From the NCBI GenBank assembly GCA_030649025.1, contig JAUSGO010000016.1, positions 4,851 through 68,850 on the forward strand: a stretch of 64,000 nt of DNA. The letters are read 5' to 3'. The DNA is from a bacterium (lineage in GTDB: Bacteria > Patescibacteriota > Minisyncoccia > JAUYLV01). The translations under genes and the position numbers were made by a program. Positions 8,005-17,198 of the stretch are shown one piece after another; the first letter of the stretch is position 1; each line of letters starts with the position of its first letter. The notes under the pieces were generated by a model. It saw nothing but the letters and a program-made list of their open reading frames with translations, was not told the origin of the DNA and did no database searches.

Positions 8005-11000
8005 TTAGGGAGCCGCAATGCAGGCGGATGAGCCATACGACGAGTCAACTTCGGGAGTTGTCGCTCGCAGACGGTAGCAGGCAAACGTGCCGCCGGGAGT
8101 ATTCCCTATATTATCCGAGTATGATGTCTGGTTCGTGATATTGATCAGTTCGGTAAAGTTTGAACAGCTTGGTCCGATGACCGTGCATCGCTCGATCTTG
8201 TATCCGGTATTATTTACCGAATTATCCGTCCAGAAAAGGTTTATCTTTTTCCCGGGACCCGTGGTGAACGAGAGGCCGCTGGGCGCAAGAAGCCAGGTTC
8301 GGAGAGAGAACGTACTTGAGTACGATGAATACGCGCCTGTGGTGGCCGCACGCATGCGATAGCAATATTTAGCTTCTTGGCTAAGACCGCTATCGGTGAT
8401 ACTGCGTGCGCCGGTAGTAGCCGTACCGGCAATGGTCGCAACGACCGCAAAACTCACCGCAGAACAGTTCGCATCTCCGCGCTCAAGATACGTATTCATC
8501 TCTCCCAGAGAATTATCTTGCCAGTTTATCTGCGCGGCGGTGAATCCGGTCGAGGTTGTTGTTGCCAGAATCGACGGCGTATTGGGCGGCGTGAAGACGT
8601 TTCCCGACGCATTGGAGCATGTGGAAACGCCGATGGCATCCACTGCTTTGATGCAATACTGATATGCATTGCCTTCCGTTACCGATGTATCGGCATAAGT
8701 AAATGTGCTGCCGCCGATGTCCGCGCCGACTTGCGCACCGCTTGATGCGGGGTTACACGCTGCGCCGCTACAGCGAATGACTCTGAATGCGGTCGGTACG
8801 CCCCAGGTATCGGTGAAATTCGAAAGCCAGAAAAGATCAATGCGAGTACTGGAGACGACCGTAGGAGGCGTATTCAGTGTCGGGGTTTTGGGCACAACGT
8901 CTGGCGTGGTAAATGTCACGCAATTAGAAGGAGCGGAGTCTCCGGTCGCATTTACCGCTTTTACCCAATATGCGTATGCGGTCTTCGGCCTTGTTGCCGG
9001 AGACATTACATCTATATAACTTCCCGGCTGAGGCCCGGGAGTTCCGGTGCCAATAAGCGTCGATACAGCCGGAGCGCCACTACACAAAGCGCCATTGAAC
9101 CGCTCTATTTTGACATTCTGGATAGTGCTTAAAGGAGGGTTGGTCCACTGTAAATTCACCTGTGACGTTGCGCCAGAGCCCGTGCCGGAGCTTGTGGGAG
9201 CCGGAAGCGCCTGAAGATTCGTTGGCGCACCGGCATAGGTCGTTGCGTAAAGCGTATTTGAACACGAAGAAGAATAGGGCCAGGAGGCATTTTGCCCTAT
9301 GATGCAATATCCGTATGTTGTGCCTTCAGAAAGCGTCGTATCTGAAGCCGTAAAATCCGGAGATGTTCCCGTATACGTAAGGGTCGTGTCAACGGGCGTG
9401 CAGGCACTTCCCGTACAGCGCCTTATGATAAAACTTGTGGCAACCTTGAACTTGCCGCTTGTCGGCGAATCAGCGGCGATGTCATGCCAAGAAAGATTAA
9501 TCCGGGTATCCGATACGACAACGGGAATGGCAAGTAGTGGAGGATACGGCGCCTCATCTTCCGTTTTTGAGTTTGCTTCCCTGTAAGCCCAGGCCGAGGG
9601 ACCCGAAGCATTGATTGCGCGCACGCGATAGCAGTAAAGCGTATTTGGCGTCACGCCAAGAGGACTTTGTGAATCCGGTGGACATCCGGGTCCGGGAGGT
9701 GACGGATAACGAGTTGCGTCGCAATCATTGTAATTCGTATCGTCTTGTGGGGTGGTGACAAGGGAAGAGAAAACGGCCGTCACATCGCATGTTCCGGGAG
9801 CAACAAGGGTTGATCGCTGAAGCTCGAATGAGGATTCCGTGGCGATCGAGGGGAAATTCCCTCCCCAGTTAAGAAATACTTTCCTTGAAGATGCGTTAGC
9901 CGAGGTCCAGAGAGGAGCTGGCGGAGATGTAAGAGTGCTTGCGGTATTGCTGTAGCCGGAAGGACCTGTCGCATTTGTCGCACGTACTTTGTAACAATAC
10001 GTGGTCTCGGCGGACAAGCCCGTGTCCGTATAAGTGCCGGTATTTGCTGAAACAATGATCGTCTGAAGCGTTGATGCGCAACCCGGCGCCATGCGCACGA
10101 TCTCAAAATTCGCCTCGTTGACCGCATTGTCGATCCAGGAAATTTTTATTTCTGACACGGAAAGAGGCAGGGCAGAGAGACCGGAGGGGTCTGCCGGGAC
10201 AGAGGGATAACACTGTCCTATTGCCGTGGGGCCCGGACATCCTGGCACGGTACAGCAGATATCACCCAATGCGTCATTCGCACAAAGCCCTCCGATGCCG
10301 CAGGCGATAGTCCCCCCGCAACCGTTCGACCAATACCCGCAAACCGCGCCTCCGGAAACTATATTTGCGCAAAAAAACGGCACGCAGGGCTTGGAAAGCA
10401 CCTGTCCGCTCCTAATCTCAATGCGGCCGGAGCTTGAAACGCGGATTTGGCGAAGTATTGCCGTGTTGTCGGAAAATTCCAGAGGAAAATCGGTATAAGA
10501 AAGGGTTGAGCTTGCGGTCGGATCTGCTACATGGAGCACAAAGGTGGCGGGGTCTGGCGGTTCGAAATACACGTCATCAAGCACCGCCCCCAACACAAAA
10601 CGAACTTTCCCGGCTTCGGGAAGCAGGAAACTTTTCACGGTTGTTGTGGAAACGTAAGATGTCGCCGGGCATGAAGCGGGATTATTTGTGTTGTCAAAAC
10701 ATTCGCGCTGGCCCTTCCATTGTCGGGAATACCTTGAAAGATTGACGCCGCAGGGCACTGACGTTGAGGAAGGAATCTTCGTATACAAAATATAAGAATT
10801 TGGATCTCCCGTCGCGGGATTGGGTGCGTGAATTCCAAAACCGCACGGTGGAAGCCCGCCGAACTGCGTTGGATCGCTTGAAAGCGCTAATGCCTGCGCT
10901 GTGCGGATGTCCTGCGCAAGCTTATTTGCCGCCCGCTCCATGGAGCCAACGGACCCCACGCGTCTGTAGCTTGTTAAAACCGTTGCGCCGATAAGCATCG

Positions 11001-11127
11001 AGATGCCAATAACCACCAAAATTTCCATGATCGTGAAACCATTGTTGCGAACTATTATTGCTTTATCTTTTATATACTCCTGGTGCATAGCGAAATTTTG
11101 GAAGAATATTATTACCTTCAAATTCAA
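8005..11127 (-). CDS. Giant (1040 aa) pilin-like protein: prepilin N-terminus fused to multiple fibronectin type III-like repeats; candidate pilus-associated adhesin
   Basis: N-terminus ...NNG|FTIMEILVVIGISMLI; repeated FN3 hallmarks YCYRVRAINASGPS, YCYKVRATNATGPSGYS, YCYRMRAATTGAYSSYS, ACYRLRATTPEVDSSYGSS. Confidence 0.7.
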   Translation of the reverse strand: MNLKVIIFFQNFAMHQEYIKDKAIIVRNNGFTIMEILVVIGISMLIGATVLTSYRRVGSVGSMERAANKLAQDIRTAQALALSSDPTQFGGLPPCGFGIHAPNPATGDPNSYILYTKIPSSTSVPCGVNLSRYSRQWKGQRECFDNTNNPASCPATSYVSTTTVKSFLLPEAGKVRFVLGAVLDDVYFEPPDPATFVLHVADPTASSTLSYTDFPLEFSDNTAILRQIRVSSSGRIEIRSGQVLSKPCVPFFCANIVSGGAVCGYWSNGCGGTIACGIGGLCANDALGDICCTVPGCPGPTAIGQCYPSVPADPSGLSALPLSVSEIKISWIDNAVNEANFEIVRMAPGCASTLQTIIVSANTGTYTDTGLSAETTYCYKVRATNATGPSGYSNTASTLTSPPAPLWTSANASSRKVFLNWGGNFPSIATESSFELQRSTLVAPGTCDVTAVFSSLVTTPQDDTNYNDCDATRYPSPPGPGCPPDSQSPLGVTPNTLYCYRVRAINASGPSAWAYREANSKTEDEAPYPPLLAIPVVVSDTRINLSWHDIAADSPTSGKFKVATSFIIRRCTGSACTPVDTTLTYTGTSPDFTASDTTLSEGTTYGYCIIGQNASWPYSSSCSNTLYATTYAGAPTNLQALPAPTSSGTGSGATSQVNLQWTNPPLSTIQNVKIERFNGALCSGAPAVSTLIGTGTPGPQPGSYIDVMSPATRPKTAYAYWVKAVNATGDSAPSNCVTFTTPDVVPKTPTLNTPPTVVSSTRIDLFWLSNFTDTWGVPTAFRVIRCSGAACNPASSGAQVGADIGGSTFTYADTSVTEGNAYQYCIKAVDAIGVSTCSNASGNVFTPPNTPSILATTTSTGFTAAQINWQDNSLGEMNTYLERGDANCSAVSFAVVATIAGTATTGARSITDSGLSQEAKYCYRMRAATTGAYSSYSSTFSLRTWLLAPSGLSFTTGPGKKINLFWTDNSVNNTGYKIERCTVIGPSCSNFTELINITNQTSYSDNIGNTPGGTFACYRLRATTPEVDSSYGSSACIAAP

Positions 11128-11172
11128 AATTTAAAACTTTCCACAAATTTTTCTTTTTTATTTTTGCGTTCC

Positions 11173-12096
11173 TTACCACCTGAACGGCGCGAGATGCACC
11201 GACTTTAGTATAGCATCTCCGAAGAAAAAAGCGGCGATTGCGGCGGGAGCCAAAAACGCTCCGAACGGCACTTCCGATTTCAACGTCTTTTTATTGACCA
11301 GGATGAGCGCCAAACCGACAAGAGAACCGCTGAAAGACGCGAGCAGAAGCGCAACAAGAACATTCCAAAATCCAAGAAACAATCCCATGAAGACTGCGAG
11401 CTTCACGTCGCCAAGTCCCATCCAGACACCACGAGAAATAATGATGAGTAAAAGAAAAAATGCCGCCCCGACCAAAGATCCTGCCACGTTTGGCAAACTG
11501 CAATTCACTGTTGGAATTCCGCACGCAAAGATAAAACGGTTGGCGAGAATGAGACACGAAAAGAGCGCAATAGCGGGCAACATGACACGGTCGGGGATGA
11601 GAAAATGGCGTACGTCCGTTACAAATATGACCAAAAACACGCAGATAGCGAATAACGCATAGCTGATGGCAAGAATATTTGTAACATCGGGAAAAAGTCC
11701 GGTTATAGAGAATTGTGTTGCTGCTTCAGAAACATTCGGCAAAAAACCAAGGGGCTCTGTTGCGCGCTTCTCCATCCACCAATATGTAAAACTAAAAAGA
11801 ACGCCGCTTGACAGCTCCACAAGAGGATATTGAAGGGAGATGCGTTCTTTGCACGAACGGCACCTGCCGCCAAGGACCACAAAGGACCATAACGGAATGA
11901 GTTCGTACCACTCGAGAATTCGCGCGCAATGACGGCAGTGGGATCGCCTCTGCACCACCTCCTCGCCTTCCGGAATGCGCCAGATGAGCACATTAAGGAA
12001 GCTTCCCACAATAAGGCCGAGAAGGAATAAGAACACCAGAATAAACCATAGGGGCATCATAAACATAAGTATACCCGTTAGGAGAAGCTCGACCAA
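11173..12096 (-). CDS. pilD: Prepilin peptidase / N-methyltransferase PilD (A24 family)
   Basis: N-terminal Zn-binding CRHC...CRSC tetracysteine, multiple TM helices, conserved GDVKL aspartate region; 307 aa. Confidence 0.9.
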   Translation of the reverse strand: MVELLLTGILMFMMPLWFILVFLFLLGLIVGSFLNVLIWRIPEGEEVVQRRSHCRHCARILEWYELIPLWSFVVLGGRCRSCKERISLQYPLVELSSGVLFSFTYWWMEKRATEPLGFLPNVSEAATQFSITGLFPDVTNILAISYALFAICVFLVIFVTDVRHFLIPDRVMLPAIALFSCLILANRFIFACGIPTVNCSLPNVAGSLVGAAFFLLLIIISRGVWMGLGDVKLAVFMGLFLGFWNVLVALLLASFSGSLVGLALILVNKKTLKSEVPFGAFLAPAAIAAFFFGDAILKSVHLAPFRW

Positions 12097-12231
12097 GGGA
12101 TAGTGGGGGATTTATTTTTCGAAAACTCTGTTTGAGCAATCAGGTTCTCGCTACCGAATATACCGTAAAACTTTCGAAAGAGCCGCAGATGCCGGCGGTT
12201 TCCACGAATCAAGTATTCGGGCAACAACTCG

Positions 12232-12258
12232 ATAAAAAAACTGCCCCATGGGCAGTCC
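12232..12258 (-). terminator. Rho-independent terminator (ACTGCCC-ATGG-GGCAGT plus U-run on minus strand) after gene 12266-12916
   Basis: Minus-strand RNA reads ACTGCCCATGGGGCAGTTTTTTT just after the stop codon. Confidence 0.55.
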
Positions 12259-12265
12259 GGTATTT

Positions 12266-12916
12266 TTATAAAGCCGCTTGCAAAGGAAGAACAAATATGT
12301 GAAAACAATTGGCGTTGATCTCCTCCGTAGCATCAATAAGTCCGGCCATTTCGTAGGATACCAGCAATTCGCGCATCCAAAGACGCTCCTTCTGCGTCAT
12401 GGGCTTGAGAGAAATATCAAACGCCGCGCCGGTGAGATGAAGCGAACGCCTATCTCCGTGAGGAGAAGCTGCGCTTGGATTCTTCTTGCGCTGAGCGGTC
12501 TTCGATTGCACCGTCTCGACGAGCGAGGTGATTTTGATGCGTTTTTGAAATTGCGCGTGGTGCTGGCGCGCGATATCCTCAAGAAACCTGCCTGCTCCGG
12601 GACGGAGATACCGCAAAGGCCGCGGCACCTTACTAAGAAAGTATGTCCGGGTTTTTCGCGGAACAGAAACAAGGAGTTTTAATCCGACGTGCTCCCCTAA
12701 GACTTTCGCATTTTCCATGCGCCACCAGCCGGCGTCGTTTGCGATACGGTTCTGACACAAAAGCAAGTCCTGAGATCCCTTCAGTTCATTGGGACGGGTA
12801 TCGGAAGCTATCGATGATTTCCGCGCGACCTTGCCTTTCTTCTGCATGACTGCGCTGCCATTCGAAGAAAAAAACAAAATTATAAAGAACGCCGTGACGA
12901 TAAACCTGAAAGTCAT
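12266..12916 (-). CDS. Membrane-anchored peptidase M15-like protein (VanY/D-Ala-D-Ala carboxypeptidase superfamily)
   Basis: N-terminal hydrophobic anchor; motif SPHGDRRSLHLTGAAFDIS fits the S-x-H-x-x-G-x-A-x-D zinc-binding signature of M15 peptidases. Confidence 0.5.
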   Translation of the reverse strand: MTFRFIVTAFFIILFFSSNGSAVMQKKGKVARKSSIASDTRPNELKGSQDLLLCQNRIANDAGWWRMENAKVLGEHVGLKLLVSVPRKTRTYFLSKVPRPLRYLRPGAGRFLEDIARQHHAQFQKRIKITSLVETVQSKTAQRKKNPSAASPHGDRRSLHLTGAAFDISLKPMTQKERLWMRELLVSYEMAGLIDATEEINANCFHIFVLPLQAAL

Positions 12917-12931
12917 TCTTCCTTCCCTCCC

Positions 12932-13126
12932 TTACTTTTCGGTATCGGTATGGCTTTTCCCATGCTTGGCAAGAACCGACAAATCAACATCGAGACGGCT
13001 TTTTTTATCGGCAAGCAGTGCCATGCCAAGAATAATGAGCACAACGCCGGGTATAATGGGAAGAAAGATCCCAAGAATTCCGACAAGAATCAGCAGATAT
13101 GCTTTTTGACGATAGCTAAGCTTCAT
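12932..13126 (-). CDS. Small hypothetical membrane protein (64 aa, two predicted TM segments)
   Basis: ORF with hydrophobic core LLILVGILGIFLPIIPGVVLIILGMALLA; function unknown. Confidence 0.35.
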   Translation of the reverse strand: MKLSYRQKAYLLILVGILGIFLPIIPGVVLIILGMALLADKKSRLDVDLSVLAKHGKSHTDTEK

Positions 13127-13146
13127 AGAGAATATAATACCATGCG

Positions 13147-13614
13147 TTAGAAATTTAGAGAAGGCCGTTGAAGCGCGCGCTCAGAAGCGTCGAGTGCCTC
13201 ATTTACCAGGCGATCTGCCTGGATGTTTTTTTCTCTTGGAATGTGCGTAAATGTCACGCCGCCAAAATCCATCTTGAGATTCCGCACCGCAAGATATAAT
13301 TTCCCTATATGTTCTTCGGTTATTTTATAACGATCGGAGAGCTGCTCCACCACAAGCTGGCTGTCTATCCGAAACTCTACGGAGAATTTTGAGGACGCCT
13401 TCAGGCCCCATAATGCTTTTAACTTCTTCAACGCGAAAATAACGGCCTCGTACTCCGCTTCGTTGTTGGTGCGCTCTCCCAGATACTGGCCATAGGTCTT
13501 AAGAACCTCTCCTTTTTCATTTTGCACCACAATGCCCAGCGCGGCGGGACCCGGGTTTCCACGGCTGCCGCCATCGGTGAAAACGATAAATTTTTCTGAA
13601 GAAAGTTTCTGCAT
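13147..13614 (-). CDS. rnhA: Ribonuclease HI family protein; start placed at internal Met (MQKLSSEKFIVFTDGG) 4 nt after recJ stop
   Basis: RNase H catalytic motifs FTDGGSRGNPGPAALG, NNEAEYEA, DSQL, HIPREKN..AD. Confidence 0.8.
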   Translation of the reverse strand: MQKLSSEKFIVFTDGGSRGNPGPAALGIVVQNEKGEVLKTYGQYLGERTNNEAEYEAVIFALKKLKALWGLKASSKFSVEFRIDSQLVVEQLSDRYKITEEHIGKLYLAVRNLKMDFGGVTFTHIPREKNIQADRLVNEALDASERALQRPSLNF

Positions 13615-13618
13615 ATAA

Positions 13619-15427
13619 TTAGGGGGTGCGGGAGCCGGGGTCAAGGTCCACCAGCTGCAATTCAATGGCGTCTCTGCCGTTCCAAAAGTTTTGGGAAAGC
13701 TTTGCAATGACGTCCACCGTGCTCCCACGCGAAAGTTCTTTTATCCGCCCGCCCAGTCCAAATCCGATGGCCTCGATGTTTGAGGCCGGCCTTGACGATC
13801 TGGCAGAAGAAAGAAGGCGCAATTTAAGATGCCGCTCTCCGTTTCCAACCGCGCGCACATACGCTATGGCAAGCCCTCTAAGAAGGAATTTCGGCTCGAT
13901 ATTGTCTTCGCCGAAGGGGGCAAGTCTTTGCACTGTAGCATAGGTTTTCTCGTTTATATCAACGTGTGAAAGCTCGGCGTCAACAACGAGTGCATCTTCT
14001 TGTGCGGACGCTCCCTCAGTTCGCAGAACCTTTTCTCCCGCCCGTAAAAATATTTCTCGGACACGATCCAGATGTTCCGGCTTTGTGGTAAATCCCCCGG
14101 CATGAGGATGGCCGCCGGCATCGGAAAAAAGTTCCGAATGGGCATGTACGGTCTCTACGATGTTAAAAGCGCCGAAAGCCCTGGCATTGCCGACAACGCG
14201 TCCGCCTTCTTCGTTCTCAACGGCCAAAATAACAGGTCGCGCCACTTCCTGCATGACGCGTTGGGCTGCGAGCCCCAGAACGCCGGGAACCCAGCTGGAG
14301 GAGCTTTCGAATACCACTGCGGGTTTTTGAGAATATTTTGAAACACGTTCAAGAACCTCTGCCACAATGATTTCGGTAACGAGCTGGCGCTCTCGATTCC
14401 GTTCATCCAGATGCCTGATGAGCAGCGGGATTTCTTCTTCTCTGTCGGTCGTAAGCAGACGGAAGCTGATGGAGGCATGTGCCATGCGTCCCATTGCGTT
14501 CAGCCTCGGGATGAGCGAAAAATGAACATCGCGAACAGAAAATCCTTCTTTTAGTTCGCAGAATTCAATAAGCGCACGAAGTCCCGGGCGTTGAGTTTTT
14601 GCAAGAACATCAAGTCCTTCTCGCACCATTGCTCTATTTTCATTCTTGAGCGGCATGGAATCGGCAAGCGTGGCAAGGGCGACAAGATCAAGAAAGCTTA
14701 TAGCTTTTAGCTTATAGTTTATAGGAGAAGATGCGGTATTGGTATGTGAAAGAAGGGCGCATGCCAGCTTAAAGGCAACGCCGGTGCCGGCAAGCCCCGA
14801 AAACGGATAGCCCGACCCCGGATCTTTCGGATTCAAAATCGCGTAGGCAGGAGGGAGTTTGGCGGGCACGCTGTGGTGGTCCGCAATAATAACGTCAATT
14901 CCCCTTTCATTCGCCCAAGCTATTTCCTGAACATCGGTAATACCGCAGTCAACCGTGATGATAAGTTTGGCGCCTTCCTCACAGAGTTCTTCCAGATGCA
15001 TCATCGACAAACCATAACCCTCCTTATTGCGATCAGGAATATGTACGTTCAGAAGATGCTCATATCCTAGATCCCGAAAGACCGTAAAAAGTATTGCGCT
15101 GCCGCACACGCCATCACAGTCATAATCCCCCCAAATAACGATCTTTTCTTTATTTGCAAATGCCGTATAAACCCGACTAACCGCTTTTTGCATGTCCGAA
15201 AATAAAAAAGGGTCGTGAAGATCCCGATCGATGCTCGGATTCAGAAAATTTTCTGCATCTTCGGCGTTCCGAATGCCCCTGTTCCATAAAAGTTGAGGAA
15301 TGAGGGGCGAAGCGTCTTGTAATTCATTAAAAAATTCACTAGGCGCTTTCGGTGCTACGGTCCAGATCGATTTCATAGTATTGCTTGGGGAAACCCATTT
15401 CAACGCCTTAGAAGGGCGCTGCGGCAC
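13619..15427 (-). CDS. recJ: Single-stranded-DNA-specific exonuclease RecJ (true start possibly Met at 15376)
   Basis: DHH family motifs DYDCDGVCGSAILF and IIADHHSVP; DHHA1-like C-terminal region; 602 aa. Confidence 0.9.
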   Translation of the reverse strand: MPQRPSKALKWVSPSNTMKSIWTVAPKAPSEFFNELQDASPLIPQLLWNRGIRNAEDAENFLNPSIDRDLHDPFLFSDMQKAVSRVYTAFANKEKIVIWGDYDCDGVCGSAILFTVFRDLGYEHLLNVHIPDRNKEGYGLSMMHLEELCEEGAKLIITVDCGITDVQEIAWANERGIDVIIADHHSVPAKLPPAYAILNPKDPGSGYPFSGLAGTGVAFKLACALLSHTNTASSPINYKLKAISFLDLVALATLADSMPLKNENRAMVREGLDVLAKTQRPGLRALIEFCELKEGFSVRDVHFSLIPRLNAMGRMAHASISFRLLTTDREEEIPLLIRHLDERNRERQLVTEIIVAEVLERVSKYSQKPAVVFESSSSWVPGVLGLAAQRVMQEVARPVILAVENEEGGRVVGNARAFGAFNIVETVHAHSELFSDAGGHPHAGGFTTKPEHLDRVREIFLRAGEKVLRTEGASAQEDALVVDAELSHVDINEKTYATVQRLAPFGEDNIEPKFLLRGLAIAYVRAVGNGERHLKLRLLSSARSSRPASNIEAIGFGLGGRIKELSRGSTVDVIAKLSQNFWNGRDAIELQLVDLDPGSRTP

Positions 15428-15452
15428 TTATCCGGGACAGATTTCATGCATT

Positions 15453-15501
15453 GAATACATTGAAGCTGTCCGCGAAATGCTCCCCCGGAACATTTCGCCC
15501 C
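15453..15501 (+). repeat. Copy C of dispersed structured element: ACATTGAAGCTGTCCGC + hairpin GCGAAATG-CTCCCCCGGAA-CATTTCGC + CCCC
   Basis: Same leader motif and GAAATG..CATTTC hairpin as copies at 2325-2401 and 18448-18540; lies between recJ start and the tRNA-Arg 3' end. Confidence 0.5.
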
Positions 15502-15513
15502 CGCACCATCTAG

Positions 15514-15585
15514 TCCCCCCGGAGGGAATCGAACCCCCATCAACGCCTTAGAAGAGCGCTGCTTTATCCGTTAAGCTACGGAGGG
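15514..15585 (-). tRNA. tRNA-Arg (anticodon TCT), CCA not encoded
   Basis: Manual fold: acceptor CCCTCCG/CGGGGGG (one G-U), D-stem GCTT/AAGC, anticodon stem GCGCT/GGCGT (two terminal G-U) with loop CTTCTAA, T-arm GGGGG-TTCGATT-CCCTC, discriminator A; 72 nt. Confidence 0.6.
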
Positions 15586-15614
15586 AGACGCATGATTCTT
15601 TTTTATATTATATG

Positions 15615-15641
15615 AAAAAACTCTTTTCGTCGAGAAAAGAG
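15615..15641 (-). terminator. Rho-independent terminator (CTCTTTT-loop-AAAAGAG plus U-run) after the 94-aa gene
   Basis: Minus-strand RNA reads CTCTTTTCTCGACGAAAAGAGTTTTTT. Confidence 0.5.
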
Positions 15642-15671
15642 GAGCGTAAAACTTAAGCTCACGCCGAATCA

Positions 15672-15956
15672 TTAAAAAGGATTTCTTGGCATGCCGCTAA
15701 GTTGTTCTTCCAGGTTGCGCGGACGCGCTTCAATGCGATCAATGACTTTCTGGTAAAGCTGGGTATTGAACACGGTCTCCTGTGGCTTGGGGGGCCGGGT
15801 CGCAAAAAGCGGCGGATAGAAAAACTGATAAAAAAGAAAGGCGGCGTACCCGATGACAAAAATAAATGCGGCACCAAAGAGCAGGTCTCCGTGCGCGCGG
15901 ACAAAGCGCGCCATGATATGTAGAGGAGTCGACAAAGATTTTTTAGGCGAGGACAT
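15672..15956 (-). CDS. Small single-pass membrane protein at the distal end of the pilM-pilN-pilO operon (function unknown)
   Basis: 94-aa ORF with one hydrophobic helix LLFGAAFIFVIGYAAFLFYQFF; co-oriented immediately downstream of pilO. Confidence 0.4.
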   Translation of the reverse strand: MSSPKKSLSTPLHIMARFVRAHGDLLFGAAFIFVIGYAAFLFYQFFYPPLFATRPPKPQETVFNTQLYQKVIDRIEARPRNLEEQLSGMPRNPF

Positions 15957-16028
15957 AAAAATATTTTGAACTTATTTTGGCGCGTATCGGTTATGAACGC
16001 CTTTGGGATAAATTCCGAACCGCTAAAA

Positions 16029-16628
16029 TTATGGCATGGCGTAAACCCGTATTCTGACGCTTGCGGCAATGTCACCCGAAGAAGATTTGAATGAGGTTGA
16101 TTGATTTTGGCCAGACGCCGTGCCGTATGTTTGCATGCCTTTTATTGGTGAAAAAAGGGCTTGCTCGATATCAACGGCGTAAGCGAAATTTTCCAGGTGA
16201 GCTATAAATTCCATAAGGTGCTCAAACGACCCCACCAGCGTCAGTTGAAAGACAAAAGATGATTTTATATTTGCTCCGGCGACCAACGAAGGCTCGCTTA
16301 TCAGTTGGATTTCCTTGTAAAGTTGGACTTCTCGTGCAAGATCTTCCATGGCCTCGATGAACGACACGAGATTCTCGGGATCAAGAAGCTGGGACCTGAT
16401 AAGCTGGATATTCGCGCTGATGCGTTCAAATTCTGATTTTGTTGAAGAAAATTTCTCAACAGCACTCTCAAATCCTTCTAGGCGATAAAATAGGTCCTGG
16501 TAGCGTTCGGGAAAGCTCTGTAGGTGCAAGTATAAAGGCAGTATGACCCCAAGGATCATGCCGGCACCGACTACCAGCCATAGCGTGCTAAAAAGTATGA
16601 CCTTATCTTTTCCGCTTAAATGCGTCAT
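16029..16628 (-). CDS. pilO: Type IV pilus assembly protein PilO-like
   Basis: 199 aa, N-terminal TM helix then coiled-coil region; positioned directly after pilN. Confidence 0.6.
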   Translation of the reverse strand: MTHLSGKDKVILFSTLWLVVGAGMILGVILPLYLHLQSFPERYQDLFYRLEGFESAVEKFSSTKSEFERISANIQLIRSQLLDPENLVSFIEAMEDLAREVQLYKEIQLISEPSLVAGANIKSSFVFQLTLVGSFEHLMEFIAHLENFAYAVDIEQALFSPIKGMQTYGTASGQNQSTSFKSSSGDIAASVRIRVYAMP

Positions 16629-16637
16629 GAATGCGGG

Positions 16638-17189
16638 CTACTGTTTGGCTTTGGAAATAATGGTCAGTGAAAACGTGAAGGGAATGTCCGTTTCGCGAAG
16701 AAGATTGGCAAGAGGAAAATTAATGTCACCGTACCCGGAAGATTCTTTTTGTATCTTATCCCTCAGGAGGAGCAATTGGCTTCTCGTTGGCGCCATGCCC
16801 GAAAAAACTATTTTCTGCGCCTGTATATCAACGCTAAGCGTTGTAAGCTGAATAACCGGGGGAATAAGGGCGATCAAATCTTTGATTGCGCCAAATGCCC
16901 GCAACTGCTCTTCTTGGATGCGATTCATGCGCTCAATATCATTCTTGAAAAGACGCAATTGTCCTTGAAATTTGGTGATCTCCTTTACTTCCGACACGTT
17001 CGACAGATTGGCAATGCGTTGGTTGAGTTCGCGGACCTTCCACTGTCCAAAAAGCTCTTGGCCGAACATGAGCAGTGAAAGGAATAAGAGTAATAAGAAA
17101 AACATCTCGCCAAAAAACATGACGCGCCAGTTCAGCTCTTCAAATTGAAGATTTTTTTTCGCCTGCTCCGGTAGAAGGTTTATAGACAT
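16638..17189 (-). CDS. pilN: Type IV pilus assembly protein PilN
   Basis: Conserved N-terminal INLLP motif (MSINLLPEQ), single TM helix, periplasmic domain; 183 aa. Confidence 0.75.
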   Translation of the reverse strand: MSINLLPEQAKKNLQFEELNWRVMFFGEMFFLLLLFLSLLMFGQELFGQWKVRELNQRIANLSNVSEVKEITKFQGQLRLFKNDIERMNRIQEEQLRAFGAIKDLIALIPPVIQLTTLSVDIQAQKIVFSGMAPTRSQLLLLRDKIQKESSGYGDINFPLANLLRETDIPFTFSLTIISKAKQ

Positions 17190-17198
17190 GAAATGGAA

